A model generated the notes under the pieces. The model was not told the origin of the DNA. It saw only the letters and a list, made by a program, of their open reading frames with translations, and did not search any database. From the human T2T-CHM13v2.0 reference genome, Homo sapiens, in assembly GCF_009914755.1 (NCBI RefSeq), contig NC_060931.1: 64,000 nucleotides of DNA; one strand, 5' to 3'. A program made the translations under genes and the position numbers. Shown piece after piece: positions 36,586 to 52,839 of the stretch. The stretch's first letter is position 1; each line of letters begins with the position of its first letter.

Positions 36586-38843
36586 GGGGTCACAATTCAG
36601 CACCAAGTGGTGGTACATTCCCAGGTCAGGAAGAGGCTGTGTGTCTCTGGAGTAGAAACCCTAAGAGGCATAATAAGCAATAGTGCTTAGGAATAAGTGC
36701 TCAATTGTGATAATCAAACAGATAAGGAAAATAATGAGAAGGTGAGATTTCATGAAAGACAAAAAGACTAGTAGATGTTACACCTCTGGTTGTTTCTGAG
36801 TTTGTGAGCTCTTCGTCCATCTCTCCATCCACTCATTCATCAGAATGACTAAGGATCTAAAATGTTGGAAGGACACAGGCTGTCTCATTTTGCCTGTTTG
36901 GCCCACAGAGAGAAGTTAAAAGAGTTTGTTCTTACACCTAAGATGAGCTTCTAAGTTCAGTTACCAGAATTTTCAAGCAATGCAGAAAGTGGCATTCTGT
37001 GGTGGTCTTTAGAAAAGCAGTATCTCCTAAATCAAAGCAAGAGAGAATAAGACCACACATAAATCAAATGAAGAAAGAGTAGTGCCATCAATGATAGAGA
37101 CAGACCTGAGGAGAGGGTGGTGGTAGAAAGAATCTGAATTAGAAAAGGGAGGAGAAGAAAGCCATGAGTGATGCTTGTCAAATTTGGGACTGGGCCCACA
37201 CTGGCATTAAAGAGACCTGAATAGTACCTAGAAGTGTTCTGGGAGTTTTCACCATCCTGTGCTCCAATCATATCCTAATAGTTACTGATTTGGAAGTGGT
37301 ACCCTGGGTCACATATGTCAATATCAATAGAAAGAAATGATTCTTATGGTAAATTCACAAAAGGATTATTTTTGGATTATAATTTGGCATCATGTGAGTT
37401 TGACTACCATGGGCTTGTTTCTGAGAATGTGATCACTTCAAGATGCCCTTACAAAATTGATCCTCTCTATTCTGAAAAATTGTAAGCCCTTGACCTGGCT
37501 TACTCACCTAACTACCGAGTGGCCCAATCAGCAGGTCTCCTTTCCTGGCATGGCACTGTAACCTCCTCACCCTGGATCTCTCCCACTACTTTCTTACAAT
37601 TCAGTTAAGGGATCACCCATACCCACATGCTCACTGCCTCTCCCACAGTTAGTTCCTGAATCTGTTTTGACTGAGGTTGCAATTACTTAAACTTTTGCAA
37701 CCATCCCCTTCTCTCTATTCAACAGGCAGAACCTAATATCATCACTCTTATTACGTGGCTAACCAGGGAGCTCCTGTTCTGTGCCTCAATTACCAACTCT
37801 CCCTGTCCTGTGCATGCCCTAGTCTATGGAAAGGACTTTAAGTGCCCTTTTCTGTCTCCATTTAGTCCTCCAAATGCCTTGCTTTCAATATTGAAGTCCA
37901 GCTTCTGAACACCCTACCAGGTGGCAAGGCTCCAAGAACCATTTTTTTAAGTGGTTCCATACTGCTTGGCATCATTTAGCCAATATGCTCAGGGTCTACA
38001 CTCCATCTACCACTGGGATCCCATCACCACCTGCCTACCCCACTTCCACTCCCACAGCTGACAACTTTCCCTGAACAAGATTGAGATTGTTGTGCTCTTG
38101 GACACTTGTGCCCAGCCTCCCCTGCCCTGACAGCATCCTTGCCCTGTGGGTTCCTCCAGCCTCCATTTTCTTACCCCAGTGGGGAGACTAAGCACCACCT
38201 ATGACTATCTCTTTACTTCATTACGTGGCTGGAGATGGAGTTTCTTCTGTAAATGGCATCTGACCTATCTCAAGATAGAGGAGCCCAAAGGAGTGATCCG
38301 AGTGAGTGAAGTGAATTAGTGACAACTTCATGCAAAAAAGTTTGAGACACGTCATGGAGATGAATTAGGGAAGAGGTAGAGGAGGACCTCCAAATAGAGG
38401 AAATGAGGTAACACTTGCAGGGACTGGGCAACCACCAGCTCAACAAGGGAGGGGACAGAGGTCAGCCTGTGGCAAGGAGCTCCCAGCCCCTCCCTCTCTG
38501 GGAAGAAGCAGTGGAAGCACCTTTCCTCCAGTTCTGCTCTGGACTCCCAGCAACAAACCGTCATGATCTGGGAACTTTGCACAGCCAAGGATGAAATGTC
38601 AGCCCTCAAACCTATGTCAGAGCTGCTGTGAAAATTGGAAATAAGAAACTTATGATAGGAAATTCATTTGCATGTACTATTTTACTTTTAACCCAGAATG
38701 ATAGCTTTAGGCTTAAGCCATCCTATATCATCTGTATGAATTATTTCTTAATTTTCACTGAATGTTCAAAAGTAGAGTCATGTTTAATCATATAAGCACA
38801 GAGATGCATATACACACATATTCATACCTGCATGGGGCAGGGG

Positions 38844-38865
38844 AGTGTGTGTGTGTGTGTGTGTG
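38844..38865. repeat. (GT)11 microsatellite
   Basis: Direct reading. Confidence 0.95.
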
Positions 38866-40405
38866 CATAAACACAAGTTGCTGGGAGGAGATGAAATGAA
38901 TAATGCCATACACTCACAACTTAAAAAAAATTGGGAGTAGTAGTATTTTGTTTCTCAGTTATTAATTCCAGTTAATGTAGTGATTAGAAAAGGAATCCAC
39001 AAACATTTACTGGAATCTAAGTTCAGCCAAGCATAATGAGACTGGCTCATGTTATTTTTAATAGGCTTTTCATAGCTCATCCCTTAAATATAGAGAAACA
39101 AAGAGGTAAGAGAAATCAAGTCTATTCAAAGGCACATTCCATCCATGATACCAAGATTACAGCAGTTCTCTCATGGCTATAAAGCTTTGTTCCTGTCTCT
39201 TTAGCCAATTCAATAAGTAAGCTCACAAATGGGATAAAATAGATTAAGGAAGCCCTAAATGTAAGTGTCAAAGATAAACAGAAAACATAGTATACTCTTT
39301 CTTGCTCTTTTTGCACTGTTGTGTGACTTGAAACATTTTCCCTAGTTAGTTAGGAGACTTGGAATACTTCCAATCTGCCCCTACTCCTTGCCGCTTATAA
39401 ATTCTTAACTTCCTATTGATACCAAAGATATCACAAGAAAACAAATCAATATATCATATTAATATAGATATAAAAACCTTCAACAAAATACTAGCAAGCC
39501 AAATCCAGTAACATATAACACAAACTGTATACCATGTGTATGCATACCAAGTGGAACTTATTCCAGGAATTCAAGGTTGGTTTAATATCTGAAAATTAAT
39601 TAATGTAAAATAACATATCAACAGAATAAATGATAAAACCATATGATCCTCTAAATTAATGCAGAAAAGACATTTGACAAAAATCTAACCCCCTTCATGA
39701 TAAAAACACTCAAAAAGCTATGAAAAAAATGGAAATTTCCTGAGCCTAATAAAAGACATCTATGAAACATCCACAGCTAATTTAATAGAAAATGACTTAT
39801 TGTTTTCCCCTAAGATCAGGAATAAGACAAAGATATTCATTCTCACTGCTTCTATTCCACATTGTACTGGAAGTTCCAGCCAGAGAAATTAGTCAGGCAA
39901 AGGAAATAAAAGGCTTTTCGACTGGAAAAGAAGAAGTAGAACTATATTTATTTCCAGATGACATGATCTTATATATAGAATATGCTACAGAGCACACTAA
40001 AAAAATAGAATTAATAAATGTGTTCAGCAAGGTTGTAGGATATGACACCAATATGCAAAAATCAGTTGCAAATCTATACATGAGCAATAAACAATTTGAA
40101 CGTTGTTTTAAAAATTTCATTTACAATACCATTCAAAAGAATAAAATACATAGAAATAAATTTAACAAAGAAGAACCAATATTTCCATGCTGAAAAATCA
40201 CAAAACCTTAATTTAAAAAAAGAGACATCAATAAATAGGAAGACATACTATGTTCATGGATTGAGAGATTTAATACCATTAAAATGAAAATACTCCCCAA
40301 GATGATCTATAGACTCAATCCCTATCAAAATTTCATCAATCTTTTTTGTAGAAAATGAACAGTCAATCCTGAAACCCACATGAAATTACAAGGGACCTTG
40401 AATAG

Positions 40406-40804
<399 letters not shown>

Positions 40805-42110
40805 TGATACCGGCATGCGATACTGGCATAAGGATAGTCAAATAAATCAATGAACTAGAACTGAGATCCCAGAAATAAAACCATTCATAGTCAATTGGTT
40901 GTACAATGCAGTGCCAACATTATTCATTTGGTAAAGAAGAGTCTCTTCAATAAATGGTGCTGGGACAACTGGATATTCATACATAAAAGAATAAAATTGG
41001 ACACTTACCTCATAAAATATACAAATATTAACTCAAAATGGATCAACAACCTAAATGTAAGAATTAAAACAATAAAACTCTTAGAAGAAAACATGTGAGT
41101 GGCTCTTCAGGGCCTTGGATTTGGCAAAGGTTTCTTAGACATGACACCAAAAGCACAGGTGACATAAATAAATCGATACATTGGAGTTAGTCAAAATAAA
41201 AAACTTTGTCCATCAAAAGACATAATCAAGAGAGTGAGAAAACAACTCAGAGAATGGAAGAAGATATTTCCAAATCATACACCTGACATGGGTCTAACAC
41301 CCAGAATATATAAAAAGCTTTTAAAACTCAATAAAGAAAAGCAAACCAATTTTTAAATGTGCAAAGGACTTGAATGGACATTCTTCCAAAGACAATATAC
41401 AAATGGCCAACGAGCACATGAAAAGATGCTCAACATGATTAGTCATTAAGTAAATTCAAATCAAAACAACGAGATATCACTTCATACCCACTAGAATAAT
41501 CAAAATTTTAAAAATGGAAAATAACATGCGTGGGTGAGGATATGGAGAAAATGGAACCCTTACATGCTGTTGGCAGGAATGTCAAATGGTATAGCTGCTG
41601 TGGAAAATAATTGACTGTTCATCAACAATTTAAACATAGAATTACCATATGACCTAGCAATTCCACTCCTAAGTGTATACCCATAAGAATTCAAAATAGA
41701 TGTGTAAGCAAAAACATATACACAAATGTTCATAGTGGCAACAACCCAAATGTCTATCAACAGGTAAATAGATAAAATGCGGTGTATTCAGTCAATGGAA
41801 TATTATTCAACTATAAAATAAATGATGCATGATTACAACATGCTACAAAACCATTATGCTAAGTGAATGAACCAAGACACAAAAGGTCACATATTTTATT
41901 ATTCCATTTATATTAAATATCCAGAATAGACAAATTCATAGAGACGAAAAGCAGATTTGTGGCTGCTAGGAGTTGGGGATGAGATTAATGGGATACAGAT
42001 TTTCACTTGGGATCATACAAATTCTGAAACTAGATGATGGCAATGGTTGCAAAATATTTTGAATAAAATAATGTCACTGACTTTTAAAAAATGATTTAAA
42101 TGGTACTTTT

Positions 42111-42412
42111 GTTTGTTTGTTTGTTTGTTTGTTTGTTTGTTTTTGAGATGGAGTCTCGCTCTGTAGCCCGGGCTGGAGTGCAATGGCATGATCTCGGCTC
42201 GCTCTGCCTTCTGGGTTCAAGTGATTCTCCTGCCTCAGCCTCCCTAGTAGCTGGAATTACAGGTGCCCACCTCCACGCCCGGCTAATTTTTGTATTTTTA
42301 GTAGAGACAGGGTTTTGCCATGTTGGCCAGGCTGGTCTCGAACTTCTGACCTCAGGTGATCCACCCACCTCAGCCTCCCAAAGTGCTAGGATTATAGGCG
42401 TGAGCCACTGCC
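42111..42412 (-). mobile_element. AluS with (CAAA)n tail, small internal deletion
   Basis: Reversed Alu inside the L1MB 3' UTR; ctcactgcaacctc reduced to ctcgctc; extreme 5' end clipped. Confidence 0.95.
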
Positions 42413-42574
42413 TTTTATGTTATGTGTATGTTACCATAATTTTTAAGTATGATTTTTAAAATTGTAAAATTTTTTAAAAGCATAAAGTGAATCATACTTT
42501 AATCTTCTTAATATGAAGATGCTCACACATGCCTGAAAATTGCATTTTATAACAAACATTTTTGAACTCAAAGT

Positions 42575-42810
42575 AGTGTTATTGCTGTTTTACAGAAGAA
42601 AAAAGACACCATTACAGTGTCTTATTCAGGACCTAAGTCTGCACCTGACACTTAGTAGAAACTTAAAAGATGAACGAATGAAGGAAAAAACAAACTGAGA
42701 TTCAGAAAGCTTAATTTGCTTTCCCACTCTTATGTAGCTGGTAGGTAGTTGGGCCAACATGTAAGCCAGTCCCTCAATTTCTGCCTGTCTCATTCATTCC
42801 ACTATATCAT
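42575..42810 (-). mobile_element. MIR interrupted by a short + strand L2 3' end (~42620-42685)
   Basis: ttttacagaagaa...aaactgagattcagaaagc flanks cacctgacacttagtag...gaacgaatgaa. Confidence 0.55.
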
Positions 42811-43459
42811 GCTATCTGCCATAAATACATTCCCTGCATGATTTTGTCTGTACTTCAAGGAACTGTTAATAATTTAGAAAAACAAGTAATGCACATTCAT
42901 CATTCTTCATTAGTTTAAGCACCACAAAACAAAGCAAAACAAAATCTAGAAAAAAGGTCAGGGTTTCCCCGAAGCTAAAAGGCAAGATTTTCCTAAATGT
43001 TGTTTTGATAAATTAACAAGCAGAGAATTTCCTCAACACTTAAGCATGAGCATGATCCTACACCACCTATTGTCAGGGTCCTGTGACATCCTGGGGCTCA
43101 GCAGTAATGCTCCAGGGCATGAAATGGCCTCTCATGTCTTTCCGTAATCCCATACAAAACAGCAGAAATCGCTAGAATAAGGGGCTTAGATGCTTGTCAC
43201 TTTGGCTCATGCATCAAGGCATCTCACGTTAGCTAGGGACTACTTCCACAGGGACCCAAACATCTCCTTAAAAGTAAAAAGATGTTATTTGTCAAAAGAT
43301 TTGTTTACTTGATACAAAATATGAATATATTTATGGCTACTTGGATTTAAAATCATGTTTAAGCTGGATATTGAATCACAAGTGTGCCCATTTACATATA
43401 AATATTTGGCATTAAATATTTAGATAAGTGAAGAAATAATTCAGGATCCAACACCAAGG

Positions 43460-43720
43460 AGACAATAGAATATTGTGACAGAGCTCAGGATCTGAAGTCC
43501 AACAGCCTGGATGAGAATCCCAGCACCAGTGCCTCCTAACCACACACTCTTGAGCAAGACCCTTCACTTCCACGTGCTTCATTCATTTTCTTTATCTGTC
43601 AAGTGAGTTCATGACAATACATATCTCAGAGTGTTACTATGAGAATTAAAATACAGAGCACGTGTAAAGCATTTAGCATAGTGCCTGCAAATAGTAATCT
43701 CTCAAAAAACGTAAGCTGAT
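43460..43720 (+). mobile_element. MIR, near full length
   Basis: ctgaagtccaacagcctggatgagaatcccagc...gtgtaaagcatttagcatagtgcctg. Confidence 0.85.
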
Positions 43721-43789
43721 GCACTCCTTTACAAACAAAGAGTATCTCTCTAAAACTCAGATTTCTAGGCACAGTCTCATCAGTGTCAA

Positions 43790-44690
43790 AGCAATCAAAA
43801 AAACAAACAAAAAAGAGGTAGCATTCCAAGGTCCAAGGCTCTCAAAAGAAAGTGTGCTCAGAGGTTTGGATAATGCTCAAACACGTAGCTTGGGTTTGAA
43901 TTCTCAAAGAAAGTGCTTAAGATGAAAAGGACATATAATCAAGGTCAAAAATATGAGCAGATGCTTGATGATTAGAATGACACTTGTGGAACTAATACAG
44001 CGAAGATGGCTCCTCAGGCTGTGTTCCGAGCCAGAAAGGTGCAGACTGGAGTGGCCCAGTGCTGGTGATGGAAAGTGTGGGGAATCCCTGATAAAAGCAA
44101 AATGAAGCCCAGGATGAGTGGGGAGGTAAGAGTTTCAGGCTGTGCTGATTCATCTCAAGCCCAGTAAAATTACATCCCAGGCAACAGAGAAAATTTACTA
44201 AGCTGACTTTTAATTGCTGTCAATATGGTGCAGAGGCTTTAGATGCAGAGGGGCCCTGAGATCAAATTTCTGTTCTGCCGTCCTCTGTTTCACTTCAGAA
44301 AGAATCAAATTTGGGCTGATTTTCTTATCTCTTATCTTCTTAGCTCTGTACATCCCATCTGATTCATTTATATGATGAGAATGGTAGTATTAGGTTGAAA
44401 AGTTTACAATAGCCAATACTGAATTATTTTTACCTCCATAATTAGCAATTTAATATGGTTTAACCTAATGGCTAATTTGCATACATGGTAAGGAGAGTAA
44501 TGTTAGATAACATATAGGTTTACTCCAGTTAGCTTGAAATATATCTGTTCTCTCATTCACCTATATTGGAAGATTTGACAGAAAATTAGAATTAGGAAAA
44601 TACCAGAAAATGGCCTGATTTTATACAAAGAGGATATTCATAGTTTAAAAATTAGAGTACTCTAAATAAACTCTAAACTCAAATTCCTTA
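43790..44690 (+). mobile_element. L3/CR1 ORF2 fragment interrupted by MIR and MADE2
   Basis: tctcaagcccagtaaaattacatcccagg resembles the CR1 SPGPDELHP segment; resumes ~44570 (cctgattttatacaaagagg...aattcct). Confidence 0.6.
44388..44470. mobile_element. MADE2 mariner MITE
   Basis: ~80 bp with TIRs tattaggttgaa / atggtttaacctaatg, inserted in a MIR (~44220-44515). Confidence 0.85.
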
Positions 44691-44926
44691 ATAATAATGA
44701 TAATGTCAGGAATGTCATAATGCCCATAGCACTTTTTCTATCATTGTCTTATTTTGATTCTTATAACAATCTTAGGAGCTATACAGCTAATACTGGTCCC
44801 CTTGCCACACTTCCAGAAAGCAAGGGACTTACTGGTCCAAGGACAATACATAAATGGCAGACACAAAGCTCCTAGCAAAGTCTGTGATTCCACAATCAGC
44901 GCTCTTTCCACTGTACCATACTGTCT
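44690..44926 (-). mobile_element. MIR
   Basis: ttgattcttataacaatc...gctctttccactgtaccatactgtct. Confidence 0.7.
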
Positions 44927-47334
44927 TCTATATTTACAAGCAAAAATTCCCAGAACTAGGTCTTCAGATCTAAGCAAAGCGAGCACTTGGCTGCTAGGTT
45001 CCATGTCCCCGGTGTCCTTGGTAGAGGGAGCTCTGAGTTACTCGGAAACTGAGGGAGGGGCAGCGATTCTCATTATTTGCTTAAGTGGGTGGTAAGTACC
45101 AAATATTTTCTGTTTGGAACTAAGGTTTCCAACTCCTGGGGATTCTTACAAAACAGCTAAGTTATCTGAGCTGCTGTGAATACAGAGGAACTCCTTGCGT
45201 CATTATCTAGTGGAGGGAATCAGGATTTGGGTTTCAAGTTGGCAGTTCTTAGAATCAGTTTCCTATTTTCAGCTAAACGTCACCTTCCTCATTTTGTCCT
45301 TTCTGTCATAGATTGTAATACTTCCTGACATGCTCCTTTTTAAAATGGGAAGAAAATCCATGTATTTAAAAATTCCACTTATTTAACTACATAAGCACTG
45401 AACACTATTGTGCAAAGATAATTGTGGTTTAACTGCCACAGTTAGTATCAAAATCAACATATATTTCCTGTCTTGCTGTTTTTCTGCATTAATCTCATTA
45501 CAGTTCAAATCCAGGAGAATATCTATCCTGAAGCATAGCACATGTGCCCGTGTTCTCCTACTGAATGTGACTGTCATGTAGGCAGCTGGTGTTCTGGAGG
45601 AACTTTCCAAACACCTCCAACTTCTGTGGAGAGCTCGGCGTTCTCCATCCCGCTCCCCCTTTAGTGAATGAGAAGCATGTCAGCCTGCACAAGAGCCAAT
45701 ACAACAATTCTTTTTGGCAGTAGCTAATTGTTAATGACTTCTTCAATGTATTCATTTCAAAGACAAAAGTAATAATAGATTACACACAAAAGTCTCCTTA
45801 AAAATCCCATCTTGTCCACACCCAATCTCATCTCTAGCAAAAACCCAGAATTTTATTTTAATTTGTGTTTGTAGTTATAGGAAACTTCATCTTTATCTTG
45901 TTAGATTATTTTAAAATTTTAACTAAATTTGTCTTTTTAAATGAGAAAAGCAAAACAAACCCCTTCCAGTTAGAAGTGTTCCTCTTTTCTCTCAATCTTC
46001 AGCAGTATTTTAAGGCTTAAAGGAAGCAAGTCTCGTCCTAAAATGTAAATATAGACCTCCCATTGGCTCCAGACATGGCTTTGCTTTGTGGCTGAATTTT
46101 GCAAACGATCCAAAGCAGAGTGGTCATTCTGCATTACTGAAGTGCTCAAAATGCTCTGCCAAACATTCAATTGTTCACATTCATCATCAAGACAGGGCTG
46201 ATCATGAAGGAAGGATACTCCATTTTCTTCATTCCAGGATGCCATTGATTGTAAAACTATCATAGATGTAATAATATTTGTAAACATTCATGTTGGGGAA
46301 ATACTACAGACTAATTTCTCACGTGTTAACCTTTCTGATATTGGAAGGCATTGCATGATCAAAACATACATATTAATCACATACAGATCATGCTCTGCAT
46401 TCCAATATTTGGTGTGTAAACATATAAGAAAACATGCACCTAGCTTTGGGAAAACTCAGTGTTTGTGTTTACTTTTTCCTCACTTGTTTATTTAGTGATC
46501 CCCCATCTTCATCTTCAGTCTATGTTATTGATTAATTGGAAACATTAAATTCTTTCCTTCTGGTGAAATTTTCAAAGGTAAGTTAGAATTCTAAAACATG
46601 GACTAGGCATCCCTGAACTGGAACTTGGTGATGGGGGTGATGGGAAAGAGGAAGGGTGCAGGAATGATCAAACTATTTAAGGAAATTTTGTTAGGAACAC
46701 CAATTTCATCCAGGGTGGAAAAATTACAATATGTAGTCTGAGAGGAGTTGGTATTGATTTTGTTTGGTTTTGGCTTTATGAGGCTTAAGAATCAAAAATC
46801 ATCTCTAGAGATTTTATTTTTTACATAAGAGAGGCTTAATGAAGATATTCTTGGAAAAATTTAATCATCCAGAGATCAGCTGGGTGCAAAAATGGTAATA
46901 TGTATAGAAAACTGAGAGGTCAATATTTAGACCCTAGCCTATAAAGGACCCAGGATGGAAAGAAACAAATTACCTTGCTTTGGAGAACTATCCAGAGGCA
47001 AGGGAAAGAAAGATCATTGGTTAATTTAGGCAAGGCTCTATTCTTGCCAGGGCTTGTTATTTCTTGCCAGGGCTAGTCTGTTAATTTTATAATGTGTTTC
47101 CCTGTCTCCAAACCATTTTTAATGCATCTTTTTAGGGAAACCCCATTACGAGTGGATGATTGGGTATTTTGAAGACCAGGCTGCTCATCAGAGCTCAAAC
47201 ACAGCTCTCCTCCATTAAATAAATAAGATATCTAATAGGATGACATGTGCCTCTGACCATGACATGTCACGGAAGAGAAGAATTCAGGAATCAAATTTAC
47301 CTAGAAGCTAGTCATGGCATAAAATAACTAAACC

Positions 47335-47368
47335 TGCAATTATAGTAACCCACCACCAGCTGGCAGTA
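47335..47368 (+). promoter_or_regulatory. Candidate CTCF site with upstream TGCAAT module
   Basis: CCACCAGCTGGCAGTA core (47353-47368, one core mismatch); TGCAAT begins 18 nt upstream. Confidence 0.45.
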
Positions 47369-48645
47369 GTGTTAAATCATGTTCTGACAGTGGTTTTTAC
47401 AAATCGAGTTCCCATTTAATGTGGAATTCATGCATGAAGCGAACAATAGAGATTGCAATTCAGCAATTCAAATCTCTATAGCTTTAAAAAATTCCCCAAA
47501 ATATTTTTCTAGATAATAAATAATAATCCATGCTCTTTATAAGCATTTGAAAAAAAAATCTTAAAATCACCTGTAATACTACCTCCCAGAATTGTCATGT
47601 GTTCTTTTACTGTCTTTTTTCCTTATATAAGTACTTTTCTTAATTGGGATATACATGTGTGTGCATACATACAAGACAACACAAATACATATATACATAC
47701 ACATATATAGTCTTCATTTTATCCACACACTTAACATAGTACTTAGCACATAGCAAGTTAATATAAACATTGGTTAAAAAATTAATACTTGAATACATTC
47801 TAGATTTAAAAAAAAACAGAGTTTTAAAAAGGGAAAAATCTGCTCAAGAGTTACAAAATAGGCAACAAACTTTTTTTGCCCCTTTTGACGTCAGACCTGG
47901 GCTATTTTTCTATAGATCGTTACCTTCATTTTGTCTTTTAAGAAGAAGTGAACTCAAAAAAAAAAAATGTAGTTATGGGTTTGGGAGGGTAGTCATAGAT
48001 GTTTGAACCTAAGAATTGAGTACCACATTTTCCCTACATGAAAAACAACTGCTCACTTTATTAAATGGCAAAGCAACAATTGCAACACTGCAGTAATAAC
48101 AGATAGACTAGAGAATGTGGCATAGAGCGTGAGTCCTAAACTGGGCTTTCTCTTCCCTCCTGCATAAACTCAGGAAGACTGCATAGTTGAGAAACTTCTT
48201 AGTGGTTGGAGTTCCAGCCCTAAGGCCCAAGCTTCCACAGGCCAGACTGTGTTTCCCAGTATAGGAGGAGGTAGAAGATCAAGGCTGAGACTTCCAGCTT
48301 CTCCTTATAGCAAATCAGATTCTGGGGAACAGATATCTGATTTCTGTCTTCCATCGTACTCCCTCTGCCTGGTGAGGGGCACTGCCCTAATCTGGCTTGT
48401 CCATTTACTTAAGCATTTCTCTTCTGTCCAGTAGCAAAGGTCTGAAGTGTTCTTGTTTTGTTTTCATATATTTACTATAATAGTTTTCATTTTTTCTTAT
48501 GTTGGCCCTGTCAATCAGATCTTCTAAAAATATTTTTCCAGCTATTTATTTGTTAATATTTAAGAAAGTTCCTCATGTCTGTCCAATTTGCTAAAATCTC
48601 TTATTGGTTTGAATAGTTTTTGCACCTAATGTTATCCTATTTTCT

Positions 48646-51297
<2,652 letters not shown>

Positions 51298-51484
51298 TCA
51301 TCCACAAATAATACAAATTTTGTCTACTTCCTAATATTTGGATTCCTTATTTCTGATTGCTCTCTTGCTTCATTAGCCACAAGTTCTGGGATAATGTCAA
51401 ATAATGGGTACATTTGTCTTTTTACTTTGTTAATTAGGCATTTCTAATTGATCACTTTTCACTATGATATTGACTGCTGCATTT

Positions 51485-51700
51485 ATAAATCTATATATTT
51501 ATAGTTATATAAATACATGTTTATATATGAAGAACCTAAAGGAGAAAACTGCACATTATCCTTTGCATTATGCATAAATAAATATTATATTTACATATTA
51601 TATAGCATATATATTACATCATATTATGTGTAATGATAATTATACATAATTAAATTATATGATTAAATATATATAAAGCACATTATACTTTATATGTACA
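51485..51700. repeat. AT/TA-rich low-complexity tract
   Basis: Direct reading. Confidence 0.8.
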
Positions 51701-51732
51701 TACTTTTTCATGTTAAAAACCCTTCCATTCTT

Positions 51733-52839
51733 TTTTTTATGTTTATAGTGATTTTTTGTAGTTATTTTATTGTTTTTTATTTTAAGTTCTGGAGTACATG
51801 TGCAGGATGTGCAGGTTTTTTATGTAGGTAAACCTGTGCCATGGTGGTTTGTTGCACCTATCAACCCATCACCTAGGTATTAAGCCCAGCATTTTCTCTA
51901 ATGCTCACCTCACCCCCAGACTCCCCTGACAGGCCCCAGTAAGTGTTGTTCCCCTCCCTGTGTCCATGTGTTCTCATTGTTCAGCTCCCACTTATAAGTG
52001 AGAACACGCAGTGTTTGGTTTTCTGTTCCTGCATTAGTTGGCTGAAGATAAGGACTTCCAGATTCATCCATGTCTCTGCAATGGACATGATCTTGTTCCT
52101 TTTTGTGGCTGCATAGTATTCCATGGTGTATATGTACCACATTTTCTTTATCCAGTTATCATTGATGGGCATTTGGGTAGATTCCACGTCTTTGCTGTTG
52201 TAAATAGTGCTGCAATGAACATACGTGTGCATGTATATTTATAATAGAATGATTTATATTCCTTTGGGCATATACCCAGTAATAGGATTGCTGGGTCAAA
52301 TGGTATTTCCGGTGCTAAATATCTGAGGAATTGCCACACTGTCTTCCACAGCGGTTGAACTAATTTACATTCCCACCAACAGTGTTAAAGCATTCCTATT
52401 TCTCCACAACCTTTCCAGCATGTTTTGTTTTTTGTTGTTGTTGTTGTTGTTTGTTTGTTTTCTGAGACGGAGTCTAGCTCTGTTGCCAGGCTGAAGTGCA
52501 GTGGTGCGATCTCGGCTCACTAAAACCTCTGCCTCCAGGGTTCCAGCGATTCTCCTGCTTGAGCTTCCCAAGTAGCTGGGATTACGGGTGCCTGCCACCA
52601 CGCCCAGCTAATTTTTTGTATTTTTAGTAGATATGGAGTTTTGCCATGTTGGTCAGGCTGGTCTCGAACTCCTGACTTCAGGTGATCCGCCCACCTCAGC
52701 CTCCCAAAGTGTTGAGATTACAGGTGTGAGCCATCGCCTCCAGCCATCTGTTGTTTCTTGACTTTAAAAAATTGCCATTCTGACTGGCATTAGATGGTAT
52801 CTCATTGTGTTTTTCATTTGTATTTCTCCAATGATCAGT
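51733..52839 (-). mobile_element. 5'-truncated L1PA (PA8-11-like) 3' end with nested Alu
   Basis: cccatcacctaggtattaagcccagcat; TSD aaaacccttccattctt (51716-51732) / aaaatccttccattctt (52840-52856). Confidence 0.93.
52431..52745 (-). mobile_element. AluS with (CAA)n tail
   Basis: Complete reversed Alu inside L1PA ORF2. Confidence 0.96.

Noticed and set aside
37912-37928. Weaker CTCF-like strings (cctaccaggtggcaa; also gtgccaggtggcag at ~9867)
   Set aside because: The 5' half of the core is mismatched and there is no upstream module.
37745-38250. ATTACGTGGCT 11-mer occurring twice (HRE-like) with weakly similar flanks
   Set aside because: One such local recurrence is expected by chance in 64 kb, and the flank similarity is too weak to call.
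47041-47074. 20-bp-period duplication ttcttgccagggct; also a 24-bp duplication in L1PB at ~57490-57538
   Set aside because: Ordinary slippage duplications with no further structure.
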